Source of the DNA: Planctomycetota bacterium
GTDB taxonomy: Bacteria > Planctomycetota > SZUA-567 > H5-PLA8
Assembly: GCA_038227875.1 (NCBI GenBank)
Contig: JBBRPR010000002.1
Coordinates: forward strand, 224,001-288,000
Reading direction: 5' to 3'
DNA: 64,000 nucleotides
The number at the start of each line of letters is the position of its first letter. Position 1 is the stretch's first letter. This document shows positions 1 through 10,045 of the stretch, piece after piece. Position numbers and translations under genes: made by a program. The notes beneath the pieces were generated by a model, which was given only the letters and a program-made list of their open reading frames with translations, was not told the origin of the DNA and did not search any database.

Positions 1-296
1 CAGGGAATCTGGAGCACCTTGCCCGTGCGCTTGACCTGGTCGCCTTCCTTCAGGTCGTCGAAGCGGCCCATGATCGCGCAGCCGACGTTGTCTTCTTCGA
101 GATTCAGCGCCAGACCGAAGACGCCGGTCGGGAACTGGATCATCTCGCCGGCCATGACGTTGGTCAGGCCGTAGATGCGGGCGATACCGTCGCCGACTTC
201 CACCACGGTGCCGACTTCTTCCACGGCCAGAGTTGCGTCGAAATCCTTGATCTGCTGACGGAGGATTCCAACCATTTCATCGACTTGAATGCGCAC
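1..296 (-). CDS. atpA: F0F1 ATP synthase subunit alpha, N-terminal part (runs off the window edge)
   Basis: Manual translation from GTG at 296: MRIQVDEMVGILRQQIKDF...EEVGTVVEVGDGIARIYGL...GLALNLEEDNVG; AGGAG SD upstream; follows atpH. Confidence 0.96.
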   Translation of the reverse strand, partial: MRIQVDEMVGILRQQIKDFDATLAVEEVGTVVEVGDGIARIYGLTNVMAGEMIQFPTGVFGLALNLEEDNVGCAIMGRFDDLKEGDQVKRTGKVLQIP

Positions 297-309
297 GTTT
301 CAAATTCTC

Positions 310-894
310 CTACGATTTCACCACGGAGTTGACAAGGCCTGTGTTTTTGACTTCTTCAATCTTCTCAATGATCCGCTTGAGCCGGTGCGAGACCGACGCG
401 TCCCAGTTGAGGTCCTGATGCGTGACCACGATGCCACCCATCAGATCGGGCTGAACCGTTTCGACGAGCGTGATTTTCTGGTTGAGCTTCTTCTGCAGTA
501 CGGCGGAGAGCTTTTCCAGTTCGCCGGCTTCGAGCTTGCGCGCGGATGCGACTTTGATTTCCGCGATGCCGGCCTTGGCGTTGGCGTGGTCGTGGAAGGC
601 GTGGACCATCTGGTCGAACATGCCGATGCGGCCGTGATCGATCGCCAGGCACAGCAGATTCAGCACCATCTTGCCAATGCCGGACATGCCGGCCGTCAGC
701 ACCTTGCGCTTGGCGTCAAACGGAATCGTCGGCGATTCCAGGAACAGCCGCAGCTTCGGTTCCGTGCTGAGCGCCTTGGCCATCGCGTTGAGATCCGACT
801 CCACGTCAGCAATCGCACCGGTTTCGGCGGCGACGTCGTAGAGCGCTTCGGCGTAGGCGTGGGCGATGCTCAGTCCACCAGTTGTTGTTGCCAT
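310..894 (-). CDS. atpH: ATP synthase F1 subunit delta
   Basis: IAHAYAEALY N-terminus, V.PDLMGGIVV...DASV C-terminus; operon position. Confidence 0.95.
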   Translation of the reverse strand: MATTTGGLSIAHAYAEALYDVAAETGAIADVESDLNAMAKALSTEPKLRLFLESPTIPFDAKRKVLTAGMSGIGKMVLNLLCLAIDHGRIGMFDQMVHAFHDHANAKAGIAEIKVASARKLEAGELEKLSAVLQKKLNQKITLVETVQPDLMGGIVVTHQDLNWDASVSHRLKRIIEKIEEVKNTGLVNSVVKS

Positions 895-930
895 GTCTTC
901 TCCGTACCCGTACAGCCTTCAGTAAAGACT

Positions 931-1452
931 TCAGTTCGCTTCAATGCGCTGGATGGCTTCTTCAATGAAGCGGCGGTGGTCCTCGGTCTTGATCTCGCGT
1001 TCGATCACGCGCTGGGAAATGTCGGCGGTCAGGTCGACGACCTTGTTGCGAATCTCTTCAACGGCGGCCTGCTCGGCGAGCAGGATTTCGCGCTTGGCGC
1101 GTTCCAGCGACTTGGCGGCTTCTGCGTTGGCTTCCTTCAGGATGTCGGCCTTGACCAGCTCGACGTCGCGCTTGCCTTCGGCGACGATCTTGGCGGCTTC
1201 GTCCTTGGCGGCGTTGATGCGCTTTTCGTACTCAGCCATCTTGGCCAGCGCTTCGCGGTTCTTGGTCTCCGCGTCGTCGATCTTCTTCTGAATGTTGTGC
1301 TCGCGCTCTTCCAGCGCGTGCATGATGGGACCCCAGGCAAATTTCCAGAGGATCGCCAACAGTCCGAAAAATACCACGAACGACCAGAGCAGAACCTGGC
1401 CTTCAGGGTTGAGGAAGTCCGGCAACAAACTTTCTGCCAACATCATCGCCAC
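931..1452 (-). CDS. atpF: ATP synthase F0 subunit b
   Basis: N-terminal TM, KFAWGPIMHALEERE, long Ala/Glu/Lys coiled coil. Confidence 0.95.
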   Translation of the reverse strand: MAMMLAESLLPDFLNPEGQVLLWSFVVFFGLLAILWKFAWGPIMHALEEREHNIQKKIDDAETKNREALAKMAEYEKRINAAKDEAAKIVAEGKRDVELVKADILKEANAEAAKSLERAKREILLAEQAAVEEIRNKVVDLTADISQRVIEREIKTEDHRRFIEEAIQRIEAN

Positions 1453-1510
1453 AACTCAATCTCCAGAAAACGTGCGTCCATGCGTTGCATCAAAAACAAA
1501 CGTCAAAGAT

Positions 1511-1538
1511 GGCTGGCGGGTTTTGAAGCCCGCCAGCC
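1511..1538. other. Intergenic GC-rich hairpin between atpE and atpF
   Basis: GGCTGGCGGG-TTTTGAAG-CCCGCCAGCC, perfect 10-bp stem, no U-tract on the minus strand. Confidence 0.7.
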
Positions 1539-1545
1539 GATCCAG

Positions 1546-1818
1546 TTACTTCACGGAAGTGCTAAAGGTCGGAGCAGGTTCAACCCAGTTATCCTTCGTG
1601 ACCTTGTTGCTGGCCAGAAGGAGAACGATCAGCGCGAAGAACGTGAATCCTTCGATCAGCGCCGCGAGCACGATGGCCGCGCCGCGGATGTTGCCAGCGG
1701 CTTCCGGCTGACGCGCGATTGATTCAACCGCGGAAGCCGAGAGCTTGCCGATGCCGTACGCCGCACCAGCGACCAGGATGGCGACGCCGATACCGATACC
1801 GAAAATTGCTAAACCCAT
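1546..1818 (-). CDS. atpE: ATP synthase F0 subunit c
   Basis: Two hydrophobic helices, ARQPEA loop, essential Glu in ALIEG; about 20-aa C-terminal extension. Confidence 0.96.
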   Translation of the reverse strand: MGLAIFGIGIGVAILVAGAAYGIGKLSASAVESIARQPEAAGNIRGAAIVLAALIEGFTFFALIVLLLASNKVTKDNWVEPAPTFSTSVK

Positions 1819-2033
1819 TGAAAACTCTCCTCACCGTTCTCTGCCTTGGAAGGCAGTCGTTCCCCGTACACGCGGCCGATGGCGAATCGCCATTCTAAAA
1901 TACTCTGACTTACGCAGAGCTTTCTGGCCACTCCACCGGCACTGTTCCGTGGCTGCGACGGCTTGGACAACGCCGGCGACTTCTGCCTCGGGGCGCATCC
2001 CGACAGGGGACGCACCGGCCGGAAACTGAACTC

Positions 2034-2966
2034 TTAATGCTCCGGATGAACCGCCGCGCCGATGAACACCACCGCCAGCAGCGTGAACACGTACGCCTGG
2101 ATCAGACAGACCAGAATTTCGAGCACCGACACGCCCAGCGCCAGCGGCACGCCCAGGAACAGCAGCGCTCCACTGATCGCGCCCAAACCCAGCAACTGCG
2201 AGATGATCAAATGTCCTGCAATCATGTTGGCGAAGAGACGAATTGAGAGCACGAAGCACTTGATGATCGGTCCGAGGATTTCCAACACGAACATCAGGGG
2301 CCACATCCAGAACGGCGTGCCCGGCGGAACGAGATGGACGATGTAGTTGATCGGCCCCTGATTGATCATGCCCAGGATCCAGACCAGCGCGTAGATCGAA
2401 CCGCCCATGACCAGCGTGACGCCGAAGTTGCCGGTGACGCCGCCGAATTCCGGAATCATGCCCATGAAGTTGGCGATCAGCAGGAAGAAGAAGTAATTCA
2501 CGAAGAGAGGCGTGTAATGAGCCAGATGATGTCCGCCGACCGGCTCGACAATTTCATCGCGCACGAACAGGAACAAGGCTTCGACCACGTTCGCCAGCGG
2601 GCCGCTCGGCGCGCGGTTGGCGTGCAGTCCAGCGAGCACGCGTTTGGCGACGGTCATCGCCACCACCAGGAAGATGATCGCGACGACGGTCAAGCCCATC
2701 ATGTGCTTGGTGAATTCAAGTTTGATCGGACCAATCGCGGCGGGCTCGTACGTTGCGTACTCCGATTTCACGTGACCGTGTTCGTCGTACGGATAGGAGA
2801 TGACCTTGCCGTCCTTGCTGTAGCCGATCAGCACCTTGTCGAGGATGTGATGCATCGGATCGGCGGGCGCTTCGTGCTCCGCGTGTGCGCCTTCGTGAGC
2901 GCCATGCTCGCCATGTCCCGGACGTTCGCCCGGACCCGCTTCCGCTCTTTCTTCAGCTTGCGCCAT
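2034..2966 (-). CDS. atpB: ATP synthase F0 subunit a
   Basis: LSIRLFANMIAGH and LIQAYVFTLL motifs; His/Glu-rich N-terminal extension. Confidence 0.96.
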   Translation of the reverse strand: MAQAEERAEAGPGERPGHGEHGAHEGAHAEHEAPADPMHHILDKVLIGYSKDGKVISYPYDEHGHVKSEYATYEPAAIGPIKLEFTKHMMGLTVVAIIFLVVAMTVAKRVLAGLHANRAPSGPLANVVEALFLFVRDEIVEPVGGHHLAHYTPLFVNYFFFLLIANFMGMIPEFGGVTGNFGVTLVMGGSIYALVWILGMINQGPINYIVHLVPPGTPFWMWPLMFVLEILGPIIKCFVLSIRLFANMIAGHLIISQLLGLGAISGALLFLGVPLALGVSVLEILVCLIQAYVFTLLAVVFIGAAVHPEH

Positions 2967-2988
2967 TACTCTCAGTTCCTGTTTTCTG

Positions 2989-3417
2989 TTACTGCTTTAA
3001 GCTCGACTTTGAAAACGTATCTTTCCCAAACAGAAATTTTGCCAGCCAGGCGGCTTCCGCGAACATTCCGACCAGGTAGACACCGGACATGGGAAGCAGC
3101 GCGGCCGCCGGAAATTTCGCAAAGACGGCCATCAGGGTCAGCGCCAGGACCAGCATCAGCGCCATGCGCAGCAACAACCCCGCGCCCCACCACTTCCAGA
3201 ATCCCCCTGTTGCCTCCGGAGCGGCTCCGATGGCGGCCAATTTCACCGCGAACGGCAACCCCACCAGCGCCAGCACCAACCCCGCTCCCACTCCTGAGAA
3301 GTACGGCGCGCGGATCTCTGCGCCGAACTTTCCGATCAAACCCAGCTCACAGATTCCCGCGGCGAGAGCGGCTGAAAGTCCGGCCGCCATCAAACTCACG
3401 AGAACCAACCCCTTCAC
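2989..3417 (-). CDS. Small 4-TM membrane protein in atp operon (AtpI-like)
   Basis: In-frame GTG at 3417 overlaps the upstream stop (GTGA); four hydrophobic segments; lies between atpZ/I and atpB. Confidence 0.7.
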   Translation of the reverse strand: MKGLVLVSLMAAGLSAALAAGICELGLIGKFGAEIRAPYFSGVGAGLVLALVGLPFAVKLAAIGAAPEATGGFWKWWGAGLLLRMALMLVLALTLMAVFAKFPAAALLPMSGVYLVGMFAEAAWLAKFLFGKDTFSKSSLKQ

Positions 3418-3668
3418 ATTGCATCCTTTAGAAACTTGTACATGGCCGCAGCCACGCCGATCGATGCCGTTACTGCCAAACCCCACGGCGTCCAGCCAAA
3501 CTTCCGGTCCAACCACCAACCCAGCAGCACAAACGCTCCAACTGTGCCCGTCAACTGCGTCCCCATGCCCAGATAATGCCACAGGTCCTTATCGCTGCCG
3601 TACTTACCGCCTTGATCACCACTGCCCTTGGGAGGCGTCTGAGGCGGTTGCGGATCGGGTTGGACCAT
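3414..3668 (-). CDS. AtpZ/AtpI family (ATPase gene 1) protein
   Basis: GMGTQL...LLGWWLDRKFGWTPWG signature; first gene of the atp operon; start uncertain (ATG 3668 chosen). Confidence 0.85.
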   Translation of the reverse strand: MVQPDPQPPQTPPKGSGDQGGKYGSDKDLWHYLGMGTQLTGTVGAFVLLGWWLDRKFGWTPWGLAVTASIGVAAAMYKFLKDAM

Positions 3669-3981
3669 TCGTCCGCCTCCGGTTCCGTCTCCCTTCGCCC
3701 GATTTTTTGTATCGGAACGACACAATCACAACAGAATCCCAACCCTAATAGCAATGGGTTGCCCAATCATGCCGAAGTGTTGAAGATTCAGAGAGATTGC
3801 TTATGCGCAGCAGGTGCGGAGTCAAGTGAAAGTAAGTCGGGCTTCGTGCGATGAATTCTTCTCCTCGCTTTGAAAATTCGAGCTCACAGTGGGTTGCGTT
3901 CAACTTACTCGCGGCAACGCTGATTTGCAACGCGAAGACCTTTAAGAATCCATGTTTATGATCAAAGAATCACCGGTTCTA

Positions 3982-4081
3982 ATCTCACGCAAAGCCGCAA
4001 AGTCGCTAAGAACGGCAACTAACAGATTCATGATAACAAATTTGTTGATGTACTTTGCGGCTTCGCGGCTTTGCGTGAGAT
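3982..4081. repeat. Inverted repeat built from 9-mer units (CGCAAAGNC-like)
   Basis: ATCTCACGCAAAGCCGCAAAGTCGCTAAG ... CTTTGCGGCTTCGCGGCTTTGCGTGAGAT around an AT-rich spacer. Confidence 0.85.
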
Positions 4082-4254
4082 CAAGAACCCCATACGTGCG
4101 GCGATTAACCGACCAAAACAAATGGACTTCGCTGGAACTTCCATAAACTCGTATCATAGTGGGGCGAAATAATATGGGACTCTGACGCGACCAGTCCTGT
4201 GGTGTGTTCGTGTGTTCAGTTCAACCAAAATGGATCACAGTGAGGAGAGGTTGT

Positions 4255-6093
4255 ATGCGCATGCAGCACGCCTCTCCGCAGCCTCGTGCTTTCCGCTTTT
4301 GGATTGTCGGCGCGGTCGTGGCCTGCCTGACGTTTAGTGTCGCCGCCGATGTCGTCCATCTCCGCAACGGCAAGACCCTCCGCGGCGAAGTGATTAAAGA
4401 GGATGAGGAATTTGTCGTCGTCCGCGTGCCCTACGGCGAAGTGAAGTTACGCGCGTCGGATGTAGAATCGATCGACCGGCAGTCGGCCGTCGAGTACCAC
4501 ATGGATCTCGGCCGCCAGATGCTGCAGGAGAAGCAGTTCGACCGCGCCATCCGCGTTTTCGAAGAAGCGTACGCCGCCAACAAGACCTCTCCTGAAGCCA
4601 AGCGCGTACTGGCCAACGCGTATTCCACCGCATCCAAGCAATACCGGACGCTCAACCGCTACCGCGAAGCGCGCGAGGTCCTGGAGAAACTGCAGAAGCT
4701 CGATCCCAATTCCGAACTGGTCGCGCATTCGGCGGCCAGCGATCTCTGGGAGTTGCGCAAACTCGAGCAGAATCTCGCGCAGAAAATGGAAGAAGCCCGC
4801 GCCACGGCGCAGGCGAAAAACTGGACTCTGGCGATCGCGCAGTTCGAATTCATCATGAGTCTCTCGCCGGACGCGCGCGCCACGGTCAGCGCGGATCTGG
4901 CGCAGTGCTACGTCGGCCGGGCCTCGGACGAAGCACAGGCCAAGAAGATCGCCGATGCCACCCGCGACATCGAAAACGCGTTGAAGCTCGACCCCACGCT
5001 CGCCGACAAACTGGAAAAGTTCTACACGTCCTGCGCGCTGCCGGCGGTGCTGGTGGCGTTGGAGCACAATGACCTCGCCAATGCGCAGACGGATTTGAAA
5101 CGCGTGCTCGCGTTTGCGCCGACCAACCGCAACGTGCTGTATGTCGCCGGGCGGCTCAACGAAGCGCTCAGCCAGATTCCGCAAGCCGCGGAGTACTATG
5201 CGCGCGCGCTGGGCACGCGCGTCGGCAACCCCACGCCGGAGTTCGTCGCCGATCTGCGCCGCAAGCTCGAAGCCGATCTCGACATCCACCAGAACCTGTG
5301 GAAGGTCGACACCTCGATCTCCGAAATCGCCGGCTACGCTGCGGCCACCGACGGTCCCGCTGAGAAACTCGAGACCGAAAACTTTATCATCATGCACTAC
5401 AACAAGAACCTCGCCGATCACGTCGCCGAGACGGCCGAATACCACCGCACGCGCATCCTTTCCGAGCTGGGATTCAGCACCTCGTGGAAGGGTAAGGTGA
5501 AGATTTTCATCCATCGTTCGCAGGTGGAGTACACCACGCGAACCGGCCAGCCGGAATGGACGGGCGGCTGTTCGAAGTACAGCAGCCTTGGCGGACAGAT
5601 CACGGAACTGCAGATCCATTCGTGGCAGACGTCGCCGCGATTGCTGAAGTCGGTCCTACCGCACGAGATTACGCACTGCATCGTTTACAGCAATCTGCCT
5701 GATCCCGGAAACTTGCCGCGCAGCCTGCACGAAGGCTTCGCGGTGCTGATGGAGCCGCCGTTCCGCCAGGATTACTTCAACGACTTCCTCCGCTCGCGGA
5801 TGAAGAGCCAGGATTTCATTCCGCTGACGGATCTGATCTCCGCGCGCGACTACCCGAAGGACCCGGAATTTTTCTACGCCGAAGGCTTCGCGATCATCGA
5901 GTACCTGACGAAAACCAAGGGCCTTCCCGCGACGACGTCGCTGATCAAGGACGCGACGACGCCGGGCTATGCCGCGGTGGAAATCCTGAAGCTCTCCGGC
6001 GCCAAGTCGCTGGATGATCTCGAAACGGATTGGCGCGCGTGGATCATGAAGCTCCCGGAAACGCGGGGGTTGGTGGACAAGCCGGCGAAATAG
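4255..6093 (+). CDS. Exported TPR-repeat protein with C-terminal peptidase MA-like zinc metallopeptidase domain
   Basis: Signal peptide, ADVVHLRNG..LRG N-domain, TPR-like helices, HEITH...HEGFA; SD GAGGAG before ATG 4255. Confidence 0.8.
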   Translation: MRMQHASPQPRAFRFWIVGAVVACLTFSVAADVVHLRNGKTLRGEVIKEDEEFVVVRVPYGEVKLRASDVESIDRQSAVEYHMDLGRQMLQEKQFDRAIRVFEEAYAANKTSPEAKRVLANAYSTASKQYRTLNRYREAREVLEKLQKLDPNSELVAHSAASDLWELRKLEQNLAQKMEEARATAQAKNWTLAIAQFEFIMSLSPDARATVSADLAQCYVGRASDEAQAKKIADATRDIENALKLDPTLADKLEKFYTSCALPAVLVALEHNDLANAQTDLKRVLAFAPTNRNVLYVAGRLNEALSQIPQAAEYYARALGTRVGNPTPEFVADLRRKLEADLDIHQNLWKVDTSISEIAGYAAATDGPAEKLETENFIIMHYNKNLADHVAETAEYHRTRILSELGFSTSWKGKVKIFIHRSQVEYTTRTGQPEWTGGCSKYSSLGGQITELQIHSWQTSPRLLKSVLPHEITHCIVYSNLPDPGNLPRSLHEGFAVLMEPPFRQDYFNDFLRSRMKSQDFIPLTDLISARDYPKDPEFFYAEGFAIIEYLTKTKGLPATTSLIKDATTPGYAAVEILKLSGAKSLDDLETDWRAWIMKLPETRGLVDKPAK

Positions 6094-6227
6094 GCAAGGA
6101 AGTCTTCGCTATGGACGCGACTCACGAAACGTTGGACGTCCTTTACTACGGGCACCATCCTCTGCTCGGGTAAAACGAACAATCCCTTTCCATCGACAGA
6201 GCCGGCTGAACATTCTACGATGCGTAT

Positions 6228-7478
6228 ATGCCTGATCACCTGATCGTCCTGCTCGCGTTTCTGATTTTCTTCGCCATCCATGTGCTGCTGGAGCGCGTGT
6301 TGTCGCTTCTGAATTCGCGTTACATCTACGCGCGGCGCGCGACCGTGCCGGAGGCGGCGCGGGAGATCATGACTCCGGAGACGTACGCCAAAAGCATCGA
6401 GTACGCGCTGACGCGCGCGCGGTTTGGGCATGTCGCGGCGTTCATCGGAGCGGGGGAGACGCTGTTTTTTCTCTTCAGCGGCTTCATTCCGATGCTCCAC
6501 GACTTCATCCGCTCATTTGGATTTGAGCCGCTGACGGCCGGCGTGCTGCTGATCGGCGGGTACGGGCTGACGGCGATGTTCCTGAATCTGCCGCTGCAAC
6601 TGTATTCGACATTCCGGATCGAAGCGCGCTTTGGCTTCAACACGACGACGCCGAAAACGTTCTGGCTCGACCGGATCAAAGGACTGGCGATTGGGCTGGT
6701 GCTTGGCGTGCCGCTGCTCTACGCACTGATCGCGTTCATTCTCTTCAGTGGGCCGCTCTGGTGGCTGTGGGCGGGGCTGGCGGTGATTGCGTTCCAGGTC
6801 GTGATGATGATTCTCGCGCCGATCATCATCATGCCGCTCTTTAATAAATTCACGCCGCTGCAGGACGGTGAATTGAAAACACGCCTGGAACAGCTTGCTC
6901 AGCACTGCGCCTTCGCGGCAAGTGGCATTTTCGTGATGGACGGATCGAAGCGGTCGGCGCATTCCAACGCGTTCTTCACCGGGTTGGGAAAAGGCCGACG
7001 GATCGTGCTCTTCGATACGCTGATCGCGCAGATGAACACCGAGGAACTCGCGGCGGTGCTCGCGCACGAGATCGGGCATTACAAGAAGAAACACATTTTG
7101 AAGACCGTCGCGATCTCGTCGGTGTTGACGTTCGTCGGGTTTTTCATCTTAAGTCTGCTGCTCGACTGGAAGCCGCTCTACGCTGCGTTCAATGTTGGCG
7201 CGCCGGCGAAGTCGGTCGGGCTGCTGGTGTTTCTGCTGATTTCCGGAGACTTCACGTTCTGGGTCGATCCGTTTTTCAGTGCGCTTTCGCGCAAGCACGA
7301 ATACGAGGCCGACGCCTACGCCGCCGCGCAAACCAGTGCCGCGCCGATGGGTTCGGCGCTGCTGAAGCTGACTGAGAAGAACCTCGGCACACTCAACCCG
7401 CACCCGGTCTACAGCGCGTACCATTATTCGCACCCGACGGTGCTGGAACGGATCGCGGCATTAAAAAGCACATCATAA
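6228..7478 (+). CDS. M48 family (Ste24/CAAX protease-like) membrane metallopeptidase
   Basis: MDGSKRSAHSNAFFTG, HEIGH, HEYEAD and YSHP..LERI motifs; multiple TMs. Confidence 0.93.
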   Translation: MPDHLIVLLAFLIFFAIHVLLERVLSLLNSRYIYARRATVPEAAREIMTPETYAKSIEYALTRARFGHVAAFIGAGETLFFLFSGFIPMLHDFIRSFGFEPLTAGVLLIGGYGLTAMFLNLPLQLYSTFRIEARFGFNTTTPKTFWLDRIKGLAIGLVLGVPLLYALIAFILFSGPLWWLWAGLAVIAFQVVMMILAPIIIMPLFNKFTPLQDGELKTRLEQLAQHCAFAASGIFVMDGSKRSAHSNAFFTGLGKGRRIVLFDTLIAQMNTEELAAVLAHEIGHYKKKHILKTVAISSVLTFVGFFILSLLLDWKPLYAAFNVGAPAKSVGLLVFLLISGDFTFWVDPFFSALSRKHEYEADAYAAAQTSAAPMGSALLKLTEKNLGTLNPHPVYSAYHYSHPTVLERIAALKSTS

Positions 7479-7597
7479 GCACGTGTGCTTCCGTAGAAGG
7501 AGGGCAATCTCCTGAAATTCGCGCCCGACTATTGCCTCGCGGCGGTCCGGCGAGTATGACTAAGCGATCAGACAATCATGCGTGAGAGGCGACGCCT

Positions 7598-7873
7598 ATG
7601 GCCAATGCCCGACCCACTCCCGACGACTTGTGTACCTTGATCGAGAAGGAAAAGACCGAACTGTGGCCGGAGTACACGCTCTACGCGTACGTCACCGCAC
7701 GTCTGGACGAAGAGAATGAAACCGTCGTGATGGTGAAAGGCTATTCATCGCGCGACTTCGCCAAGCAGGCCGCGGCCAAGGACAAACTCTATTATTTTCC
7801 CCTCTTCAAAGAACCCAAGACCGGCGCGAAGTGGCCGGGCGTGGATGAAGTGTGGGATTACATCACGTACTGA
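7598..7873 (+). CDS. Hypothetical protein (91 aa)
   Basis: GAGG SD, protein-like composition, no recognised motif. Confidence 0.65.
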   Translation: MANARPTPDDLCTLIEKEKTELWPEYTLYAYVTARLDEENETVVMVKGYSSRDFAKQAAAKDKLYYFPLFKEPKTGAKWPGVDEVWDYITY

Positions 7874-7917
7874 ACGACGAATCCAAAATTCAAAAACGCA
7901 CGCGGAAGAAAATCGAT

Positions 7918-7945
7918 GACCCTCGGGTAAATTTACCCGAGGGTC
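7918..7945. repeat. AAATTT-centred palindrome, copy 1
   Basis: GACCCTCGGGT-AAATTT-ACCCGAGGGTC, perfect 28 bp. Confidence 0.9.
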
Positions 7946-7954
7946 TCAGACGCA

Positions 7955-7980
7955 ACCCTGTCGTAAATTTACAACAGGGT
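7955..7980. repeat. AAATTT-centred palindrome, copy 2
   Basis: ACCCTGTCGT-AAATTT-ACAACAGGGT, one mismatch. Confidence 0.85.
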
Positions 7981-7982
7981 CC

Positions 7983-8013
7983 TTGACTAATCATGCGATC
8001 ATCGTATGATTAG
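7983..8013 (+). promoter_or_regulatory. Sigma70-like promoter overlapped by a palindromic (probably autoregulatory GntR) operator
   Basis: TTGACT (7983-7988), 16-nt spacer, TATGAT (8005-8010); palindrome CTAATCATGCGAT-C-ATCGTATGATTAG at 7987-8013. Confidence 0.65.
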
Positions 8014-8017
8014 GTTC

Positions 8018-8704
8018 ATGGAAGCGATAATTACACCCTCGTTGGTCGATTCGGCTGTTCTCCAGCTTCGTAACTTGATTGAAACAGAGAACTTAGTGTC
8101 TGGAACGCGATTGCCGACGGAGCCGGTGCTCATGGCGCGCTTGGGTGTCAGTCGGACGGTTTTACGGGAAGCGATGAGCCGGTTGGAGCTGCTGGGCCTC
8201 GTCAAAATCAGGGCGGGGAAGGGCACTCATGTGGGCGATCCGGACTCGCTCGCGGCCGGATCGCGGTTGATCCGGACGGCGATCACATTGTCGTGCCGCG
8301 ATCTGTTGCAGTTCAACGAGCTGCGCACCGGGATTGAAAGCGAGTCGGCGCGGCTGGCGGCGCAACGCGCCACGGCCGACGAGATTGCAGCGTTGAAAAT
8401 CCGGTATGCGGAATTCGCGGCCACCGAAACGCGCGAGCCGTACGTGAAGCTCGATTGCGCGTTTCATCTGTCGATTGCAGCGATGGCGAAGAGCGAGCTG
8501 ATCACCAACGTGCTGCAGATCGTCCAGGATTTCATGGCCACGAGCATGGATCGGACCATGGCGCCTGACCCGGACTACGAGATCGGACGCACGCTGCACC
8601 GCGACATCGTTGACGCCATTGCGGCTCATGATGTGCCGGGCGCGGACGCGGCCATGCGCCGGCACATGGATGTGAACCGGCGCTTACTGGAACGAGCGGT
8701 GTGA
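8018..8704 (+). CDS. FadR/GntR family transcriptional regulator
   Basis: RLPTE..L...LGVSRTVLREA wHTH plus FCD domain (FH...H...HM). Confidence 0.92.
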   Translation: MEAIITPSLVDSAVLQLRNLIETENLVSGTRLPTEPVLMARLGVSRTVLREAMSRLELLGLVKIRAGKGTHVGDPDSLAAGSRLIRTAITLSCRDLLQFNELRTGIESESARLAAQRATADEIAALKIRYAEFAATETREPYVKLDCAFHLSIAAMAKSELITNVLQIVQDFMATSMDRTMAPDPDYEIGRTLHRDIVDAIAAHDVPGADAAMRRHMDVNRRLLERAV

Positions 8705-8725
8705 TGAGAGTCGGAGGAGACCGGC

Positions 8726-9553
8726 ATGTTGACGGAAGCTCAGCTCAGTTGCTTTAAAACGTTTGGCTATGTCGTCATGAAACAGGTTTTTTCACCCGCT
8801 GAACTGCGAACGCTCAATAGCGAATTCGACCGAACGCTGACTGAGCAATATGCGCATCAGCCGTTCGACGGCACCAAGCGGCACTGGTCGATGTTGATGG
8901 ACGAGGCCACGCCGTTTTTCGCTGGTCTGATCGAAGACCCGCGTTTTCTGAAACCCGCGCAGCAGATGTATGGCGATTCGGTGCTGGGCATCATGGTAGA
9001 TGGCAATCGTTACGTTGGAAATACGCCCTGGCATCCCGATTCGAACTCGGCGTTGCAGTACGGCGTGAAGTTCGCGATCTATCTGCAACCGGTGGGCGCG
9101 GAGACCGGCGCACTGCGGGTGATTCCCGGCAGCCATCGTCTGCCGCTGGAACAGAACGCGGAGTTTGCCGCGGGCGTCCAGAAGCTGCCGATCACGGAGG
9201 TTCCGGCCACAGTGCTTGCATCCACGCCGGGCGATGTGGTCGCGTTCGACCTGCGGCTCTGGCATGGCTCGTGGGGCGGGCAGACCGACCGCCGCATGTG
9301 TACGATCGTCTACTACAACGATCCGCAAACACCCGAAGAGATCGCCTATCTACGTCAGCAGGCGGTGGACAATATCAACAACGCGGTGGCGTCCTTCGAC
9401 GCGAAACGAAAATACTTTTTTTCGCAGCACTGGCTGGCCAACGCGCAGCGCAACCCCGACCGCCAGCGTTGGATCGACCGGTTGCGAGAGCTGCATTATT
9501 TCGACGCGCCAGGGATCGTCGAGCCAGCGGAGAACGTCGTCGCGGCGCGCTGA
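8726..9553 (+). CDS. Phytanoyl-CoA dioxygenase (PhyH) family Fe(II)/2OG enzyme
   Basis: F.TFGY, WHPD, GALRVIPGSH, PGDVVAFDLRLWHGS. Confidence 0.9.
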   Translation: MLTEAQLSCFKTFGYVVMKQVFSPAELRTLNSEFDRTLTEQYAHQPFDGTKRHWSMLMDEATPFFAGLIEDPRFLKPAQQMYGDSVLGIMVDGNRYVGNTPWHPDSNSALQYGVKFAIYLQPVGAETGALRVIPGSHRLPLEQNAEFAAGVQKLPITEVPATVLASTPGDVVAFDLRLWHGSWGGQTDRRMCTIVYYNDPQTPEEIAYLRQQAVDNINNAVASFDAKRKYFFSQHWLANAQRNPDRQRWIDRLRELHYFDAPGIVEPAENVVAAR

Positions 9554-9558
9554 GTCTT

Positions 9559-9984
9559 TTACGTCAGCTCGTTCTGAAAAAACTCGATGATCTCGCCGGC
9601 CGGGCCTTTGCAGAAGGCGATGCGCACGGGCGTGACGTGCGGCTTGCTTTGAATGTCGATGCTCTTGGGTTCCATCGTTACGATCGCTCCGGCGGCGCGG
9701 GCGCGGTTGAGGGCGGCGTCGCAGTCGGTTGTGCGCAGCGCGAAATGCAGAATGGCACCTTCCGAAGGCGGCGGGGACTCGGCTTTGCCGCCCGCGAAGA
9801 TCTCCATGTAATCGCCGTTGCCGGCATCGAGCATGATCGCGCGGCTATTGCCTTCGCCCCACGTGATCTTGGGCGTGAAGCCAAGCGCGTCGGTGTAGAA
9901 TTTCACCGCGGCATCAAAATCGGCGACCCGAATCGCCACATGATGAAACCCGCCGCCGCCGATCACCGCATTCTTGCCAGCCAT
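9559..9984 (-). CDS. VOC (glyoxalase/bleomycin resistance) family protein
   Basis: FHHVAIRV.DFDAAVKFYTDALGF, HFAL, GPAGEIIEFF. Confidence 0.9.
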   Translation of the reverse strand: MAGKNAVIGGGGFHHVAIRVADFDAAVKFYTDALGFTPKITWGEGNSRAIMLDAGNGDYMEIFAGGKAESPPPSEGAILHFALRTTDCDAALNRARAAGAIVTMEPKSIDIQSKPHVTPVRIAFCKGPAGEIIEFFQNELT

Positions 9985-10045
9985 GTTAAGCGCCTCCCCG
10001 TCAGTAGCGCGTGTGCGCCGTTTCAATTTTGAATTTTGAATTCGA

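Noticed and set aside
289..1722. 477-aa plus-strand ORF
   Set aside because: Antisense to atpH/atpF/atpE
4037..4046. ACAAATTTGT core as a sixth AAATTT palindrome
   Set aside because: Symmetry extends only about 12 bp and the ACC...GGT ends are missing
7918..7980. Two adjacent palindromes as a mini CRISPR array
   Set aside because: The repeats are not identical, the gap is only 9 nt, and no cas genes are present
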